Below are positions 59,595 through 64,000 of a stretch of 64,000 bases of DNA, piece after piece. This DNA comes from Cyanobacteriota bacterium (lineage in GTDB: Bacteria; Cyanobacteriota; Cyanobacteriia; Cyanobacteriales; Nostocaceae). The position numbers and the translations under genes are program-made. The notes below the pieces were generated by a model. That model did no database searches. It worked only from the letters and a program-made list of their open reading frames with translations, and was not told the origin of the DNA. Numbering within the stretch: the stretch's first letter is position 1; each line of letters opens with the position of its first letter. Location of the stretch: assembly GCA_046045965.1 (NCBI GenBank), contig JBJOKS010000025.1, forward strand, positions 34,188 to 98,187, given 5' to 3'.

Positions 59595-60914
59595 ATGATG
59601 TTAGATTTGCCAGACCAAAGCTTGCACGACCAAAGTGAAGATAAAGAAATTGTTCTGTCTATCAAAAATGTCTCTAAGCGGTTTTGCCGAAACTTGAAGC
59701 GGTCTTTACTGTATGGTGTACAAGATATTGCTGGAGAGGTGTTTGGCGCTCAACGTCAAGATGTGCAGTTACGAAAGGGAGAGTTTTGGGCGCTCAAAGA
59801 TGTCAGTTTAGAATTGCGGCGCGGTGAAGCATTAGGTCTTGTAGGTGCGAATGGTGCTGGTAAAACAACATTGTTACGGATCATTAGTGGTTTGATTAAA
59901 CCAGATCATGGCACGGTAGAGGTTAAGGGACGAGTTGCACCGTTAATTGCTTTGGGAGCAGGGTTTAACCCAATTTTGACAGGAAGAGAAAATATTTATG
60001 TCAATATGTCAATTTTGGGGCTTTCCAAAGAGGAGATTGATGAGCGGTTTGATCAAGTTGTAGAATTTGCGGAGATTGGGGAAGCAATTGACTCACCAGT
60101 ACAGAGTTATAGTTCTGGGATGGCTGCAAGGTTAGGGTTTGCAAGTGCGATTTTTACCAAACCAGATATTTTGCTCATTGATGAAGTCTTAGCAGTTGGG
60201 GATATGAAATTTCGAGCTAAATGTTATCGGCATTTAGCAACACTCAGAAAAACAAGTTCATTTGTCTTAGTCTCACATGATTCTAATGCAATTCTGGCAG
60301 TGTCTTCTTCTGCAATTTACTTGAATAAGGGAAAAGTCGTAACATCAGGTGAGCCTAGAGAAGTTGTTAACCTTTATGAAAAGGAATTGCTTTCAGAAAA
60401 GAAGGATAATTCAGAATCTATAATTGATAATAATCAAGAAAATTACAGCCGCGTTGCAACACAAGAGGCAGAAATTTTATCTATTGATTTTTGTGATGTA
60501 GAGGGAAATGAAATAAAAAATATACATTCTGGCTTACCCACAATTTTAAAAATTAAAATTCAGGCGTATAAGTTTCTAGAAGGGTTGAGAGTAGAGTTTC
60601 TGTTTCACGACAGAGCAAATATGAATCAGAGAGTTTTGCGACTTAGCTCTTATACTGACAAGAATATTTTTACGCTTGAAAAAGGCATTCATGAGATTAA
60701 ATTGTTTTTGCCATTCCTTGGCTTAAAACCAGGATTTTATGATGCAAAAGTCTATATCAGTCTTGAAGCTCACTACATTTTAGATGTAATTGAGTCACAC
60801 CAATTTGAGATCCTCGATAACTTGCGGCAAAATACAATTGATTCTTTGTACTTTCAGCCAAGAGAATGGATTATATCTAATAGTCATAAAGTAAAAATTA
60901 ATGATGAAGTTTAA
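59595..60914 (+). CDS. wzt: Polysaccharide ABC exporter ATPase with C-terminal carbohydrate-binding domain (Wzt)
   Basis: FWALKDVS, GANGAGKTT, YSSGMAARLGF, IDEVLAVGD, C-terminal beta-rich extension. Confidence 0.92.
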   Translation: MMLDLPDQSLHDQSEDKEIVLSIKNVSKRFCRNLKRSLLYGVQDIAGEVFGAQRQDVQLRKGEFWALKDVSLELRRGEALGLVGANGAGKTTLLRIISGLIKPDHGTVEVKGRVAPLIALGAGFNPILTGRENIYVNMSILGLSKEEIDERFDQVVEFAEIGEAIDSPVQSYSSGMAARLGFASAIFTKPDILLIDEVLAVGDMKFRAKCYRHLATLRKTSSFVLVSHDSNAILAVSSSAIYLNKGKVVTSGEPREVVNLYEKELLSEKKDNSESIIDNNQENYSRVATQEAEILSIDFCDVEGNEIKNIHSGLPTILKIKIQAYKFLEGLRVEFLFHDRANMNQRVLRLSSYTDKNIFTLEKGIHEIKLFLPFLGLKPGFYDAKVYISLEAHYILDVIESHQFEILDNLRQNTIDSLYFQPREWIISNSHKVKINDEV

Positions 60915-61530
60915 AATTTTTTTAAATAAATATCTGTGGCTTAAAAAATTGAGAAAAGCAGGAATAAAGATATCCAGTAACTGTAGAATTTTAGCGCATA
61001 GAGGAATTTCCATTGGCTTTGGTAGCGAAATTCATTCTAACGCCACCTTGGCTTGTTCTTACCTAAGTTTCGATGATGATTTTTTGAGTAATACCAGTGG
61101 TTCTATATCAATAGGTAGTCAATGTTCAATTCATAGTGGGTGTATAGTTGCAACATACGGTGGTAATATAATATTGTCAGATCAAGTTAGTCTTAATCCC
61201 GGAACTATTATTTATGGTCATGGCGGTGTCAGTATAGGCAAAATGACCAGAATTGCAGCCAACTGTACCTTGGTATCTGCCAATCATAATTTTGAACAAA
61301 TTGACGTACCTATTATGAATCAGGGTTTGTCTACTAAAGGAATTGTTATTGAAGATAATGTTTGGATTGGAACAGGATGTGTCATTCTTGATGGTGTTAG
61401 AGTTGGTGAAGGCTCAATTATTGCGGCTGGGGCTGTAGTCACAAAAAATGTAGCTCCTTATTCTATAGTTGCAGGAGTTCCGGCAAAATTATTAAGATTT
61501 CGTGATCAAAAAGGAGAACATCAATGTTAA
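60901..61530 (+). CDS. Hexapeptide-repeat O-acyltransferase
   Basis: IGSQCSI, IEDNVWIGTGCVILDGV.VGEGSIIAAGAVV, VAGVPAK. Confidence 0.9.
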   Translation: MMKFKIFLNKYLWLKKLRKAGIKISSNCRILAHRGISIGFGSEIHSNATLACSYLSFDDDFLSNTSGSISIGSQCSIHSGCIVATYGGNIILSDQVSLNPGTIIYGHGGVSIGKMTRIAANCTLVSANHNFEQIDVPIMNQGLSTKGIVIEDNVWIGTGCVILDGVRVGEGSIIAAGAVVTKNVAPYSIVAGVPAKLLRFRDQKGEHQC

Positions 61531-62387
61531 TCAATTCATTCAAGAAGGCTATTATTTTATCTATCCCTCCTCTATTGATAAATATTTTTAGAAAAATAAA
61601 GTTGATCTTTGGCGAAAAAGAACTGAGTCAAGATATAAAAATTCAGCAAGAAATTACAAGGCTTAGTTCTCTTCCAAGAAAGACGAAATGTGAAACTAAT
61701 ATAATTGGGGATAAAAAGATTATTGGTGTTGATCCAGCATCAATTCTGCAAGTATATAACTGTTTTTTCAAACAAGAATATTGCAAATTTACAACCGAGC
61801 TAGATACTCCAAGAATTATTGACTGTGGAGCTAATATTGGAGCTACCATTTACTATTGGAAGAAGCTTTATCCTAATGCAGAAATTATAGCATTTGAGCC
61901 AGATCCAGAAATTTTTGAATTGCTAACTATCAACTGTAAAGACTTTTCTTCTACAACTCTTATTCAGACAGGACTTTGGACTTTTGAAGGTGAAATAGAA
62001 TTTCTAGCAAACGGTGCTGATGGTGGACACATTGCTGATTTTTCAGAAGAGGTAACAGAAGACAAAAGAAAAATCACTATCCCTGTCAAGCGTCTTCGAG
62101 ATTATCTTCAAAAGCCATGCAGTATGTTAAAAGTTGATATCGAAGGGGCTGAAATAGAAGTTTTATTTGATTGCCAAGACCTACTGCATAATGTAGAAAA
62201 TATGTTTGTTGAGTATCATTCATTTATAGATAGACCTCAAAATCTTGGTAAATTCTTTTCTTTACTAGAAGATGCAGGATTTAGAGTTCATATTCTTGAC
62301 GAGAGTACGGCTCAACAACCTTTCATTTCTCGACCTGTATATAACGGAAAAGATTTGCGATTAGATGTCTTTGCATTTCGCCAGTAA
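61524..62387 (+). CDS. FkbM-family methyltransferase
   Basis: IIDCGANIG, AFEPD, LKVDIEGAE. Confidence 0.9.
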   Translation: MLINSFKKAIILSIPPLLINIFRKIKLIFGEKELSQDIKIQQEITRLSSLPRKTKCETNIIGDKKIIGVDPASILQVYNCFFKQEYCKFTTELDTPRIIDCGANIGATIYYWKKLYPNAEIIAFEPDPEIFELLTINCKDFSSTTLIQTGLWTFEGEIEFLANGADGGHIADFSEEVTEDKRKITIPVKRLRDYLQKPCSMLKVDIEGAEIEVLFDCQDLLHNVENMFVEYHSFIDRPQNLGKFFSLLEDAGFRVHILDESTAQQPFISRPVYNGKDLRLDVFAFRQ

Positions 62388-62511
62388 GTATCGAAGCAAT
62401 TGTGAACGCACAAGAATATAGCCCGATATTCAAAAATATCTTAGCTAGACAGCGTATCTTGCTTTGTTGATTGGTATATTAAGTGATACAAAATTTAGAG
62501 ACAGGTTGTTT

Positions 62512-63678
62512 ATGATTTTTGTCACGGCTTATCTAGGTGGAACTCATGGAACTGCAAAATCTGCACGTGACTTTTTACGAGCATTGCTGGCCTGTCTACC
62601 AGATGTTAAAGTCATTAGCCCAACAAGAGAAGAATTTCCATCAGAACTTTGTGAGTGTTCATTATCTGTGCCTACATGGTTGGAATTTCCCCAAAACATT
62701 CGCCTTCCCAGAAGGATATGGAAAATTCGTCCATCAACCCTGAGAGCTTGGCAACAAGATCGGCAAAGAAAGAGACTGTTTCAAAGTATATCTCAGTATG
62801 AAACTGTAATAGTTAATGGTTGGGCTAGTTATTCTTTTTGGTTATCCGTCGAAAGCAGATTTAAGGGTCGTAAGATAATAATAATTCGTGAATCTCCAAG
62901 GCATTTTTCCGGTGGTGACCGTCAAATTACATTACAACAACTCATTGACGGCTTTTTATTATTTGATGACCTGATATTTGTATCAGAAAATGTACGCCAG
63001 GAATGGTTGAAATTCCCCGCCCTACAGCATAAAAGAAGTTTTTATCTCCCTAACTGTTGTGAAGAGGAGGAAGTTGAAAAGGAGCTTGCTAAAAGAAATG
63101 ACAATAGCCGACAAGCGTTAGGATTGAGTACCAATGAATTTATTGTTATTTGCCCCGGCAGTATTGAATATAGAAAAGGCCAAGATTTATTAATTCAAAT
63201 TCTACCTGAATTAATATTGGAAATACCTAATCTTCGTATTTTATTAGTTGGAGAATTAACTACTCAGTGGGGACAGGACTTGTTGAATAAGTCGATTCTA
63301 GGAAAGTACAAAAAATGGGTTACTTATTTGTCATCAAGATCAACAATTCTGGATATAATGAATGCCTCAGATGTGCTTGCGTTTCCATCACGAGCGGAAG
63401 CCATGCCCCGTACTATTCTTGAGGCAATGGCCTTAAAACTTCCAGTTGTTGCTTCTGCCGTAGATGGAATACCCGAATTAGTGATTGATGGAGAAACAGG
63501 AATCCTTTTTAACGCAGATGATTCACAAGGACTATTAAAAGGAATCTTGCAGTTGGCTAGGAACCCTACACTTGCCAAGAAATTAGCCGCGAGAGGACAC
63601 ATTCGTTACTGGGAAAACTTTTCAAGAAAAAAGCAGTTTCAAAGAATGCAACAGCTACTTACTGAAATCAATCACTAA
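62512..63678 (+). CDS. Glycosyltransferase family 4 (start uncertain: 62464 TTG or 62512 ATG)
   Basis: KGQDLL, FPSRAEAMPRTILEAMA..PVVASAVDGIPE..GETG. Confidence 0.9.
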   Translation: MIFVTAYLGGTHGTAKSARDFLRALLACLPDVKVISPTREEFPSELCECSLSVPTWLEFPQNIRLPRRIWKIRPSTLRAWQQDRQRKRLFQSISQYETVIVNGWASYSFWLSVESRFKGRKIIIIRESPRHFSGGDRQITLQQLIDGFLLFDDLIFVSENVRQEWLKFPALQHKRSFYLPNCCEEEEVEKELAKRNDNSRQALGLSTNEFIVICPGSIEYRKGQDLLIQILPELILEIPNLRILLVGELTTQWGQDLLNKSILGKYKKWVTYLSSRSTILDIMNASDVLAFPSRAEAMPRTILEAMALKLPVVASAVDGIPELVIDGETGILFNADDSQGLLKGILQLARNPTLAKKLAARGHIRYWENFSRKKQFQRMQQLLTEINH

Positions 63679-63692
63679 TATCTTATTCAAGT

Positions 63693-64000
63693 ATGTCTTC
63701 TTTAAATTACCTGATTCGTGCGATCGCTTTCTACCTTCCCCAATATCATCCTATTCCTGAGAATGATGAGTGGTGGGGAAAGGGTTTTACAGAATGGACT
63801 AATGTTACAAAAGCCAAACCTTTGTTTAAAGGACATTACCAACCACATCTCCCTGCGGATCTAGGCTTTTACGATCTGCGACTTCCAGAAGCAAGACAAG
63901 CTCAGGCAGACCTAGCACGGGAATATGGTATACATGGATTTTGTTACTATCACTACTGGTTTAATGGCAAACGTTTGTTAGAACGTCCTTTTAATGAAGT
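63693..64000 (+). CDS. WbsX / glycoside hydrolase 99-like domain protein, truncated by the window end (not in the ORF track)
   Basis: MSSLNYLIRAIAFYLPQYHPIPENDEWWGKGFTEWTNV..GHYQPHLPADLGFYDLR..YGIHGFCYYHYWFNGKRLLERP. Confidence 0.88.
   Translation, partial: MSSLNYLIRAIAFYLPQYHPIPENDEWWGKGFTEWTNVTKAKPLFKGHYQPHLPADLGFYDLRLPEARQAQADLAREYGIHGFCYYHYWFNGKRLLERPFNE

Overview
This is a 64 kb chromosomal window from an AT-rich cyanobacterium, most likely a heterocyst-forming Nostocales member. That call rests on about 22 HIP1 octamers (GCGATCGC, counted by eye), many heptamer STRR tandem repeats, and cyAbrB, ClpS/DUF2103 and cyanobacteriochrome genes. Most of the window is housekeeping or regulatory: 3' dnaK, dusB, hisG, a perR/peroxiredoxin/gor redox cluster, panE-like, ClC channel, cyAbrB, Rrf2, cbiB, pyrR, moaE, clpS, a four-gene histidine-kinase cascade with a DXCF-type bilin GAF, an MBOAT O-acylation locus, and the start of a wzm/wzt polysaccharide locus. 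The strongest candidate for an undescribed system is a three-gene, HIP1-free cassette (16790-24312, minus strand). It encodes one soluble STAND-like P-loop ATPase and two membrane-spanning proteins with the layout STAND ATPase - TM - TPR - periplasmic-binding domain. The two sensor halves are nearly identical at DNA level while their ATPase halves have diverged. The cassette separates an oxalate-CoA-ligase-like gene from a PanE2-like reductase, which may form an oxalate/glyoxylate module. Other notable items are a secreted glycine-zipper, bacteriocin-like gene framed by inverted repeats, next to an orphan m4C-type methyltransferase and a truncated antitoxin missing from the ORF track; a degenerate large serine recombinase; ~24-nt insertion elements nested in other repeats; a MITE-like element; and a perfect internal duplication with a 174-nt period in a TPR protein. 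No rRNA, tRNA, CRISPR array or intact transposase was recognised. All calls come from motif reading, not database searches.
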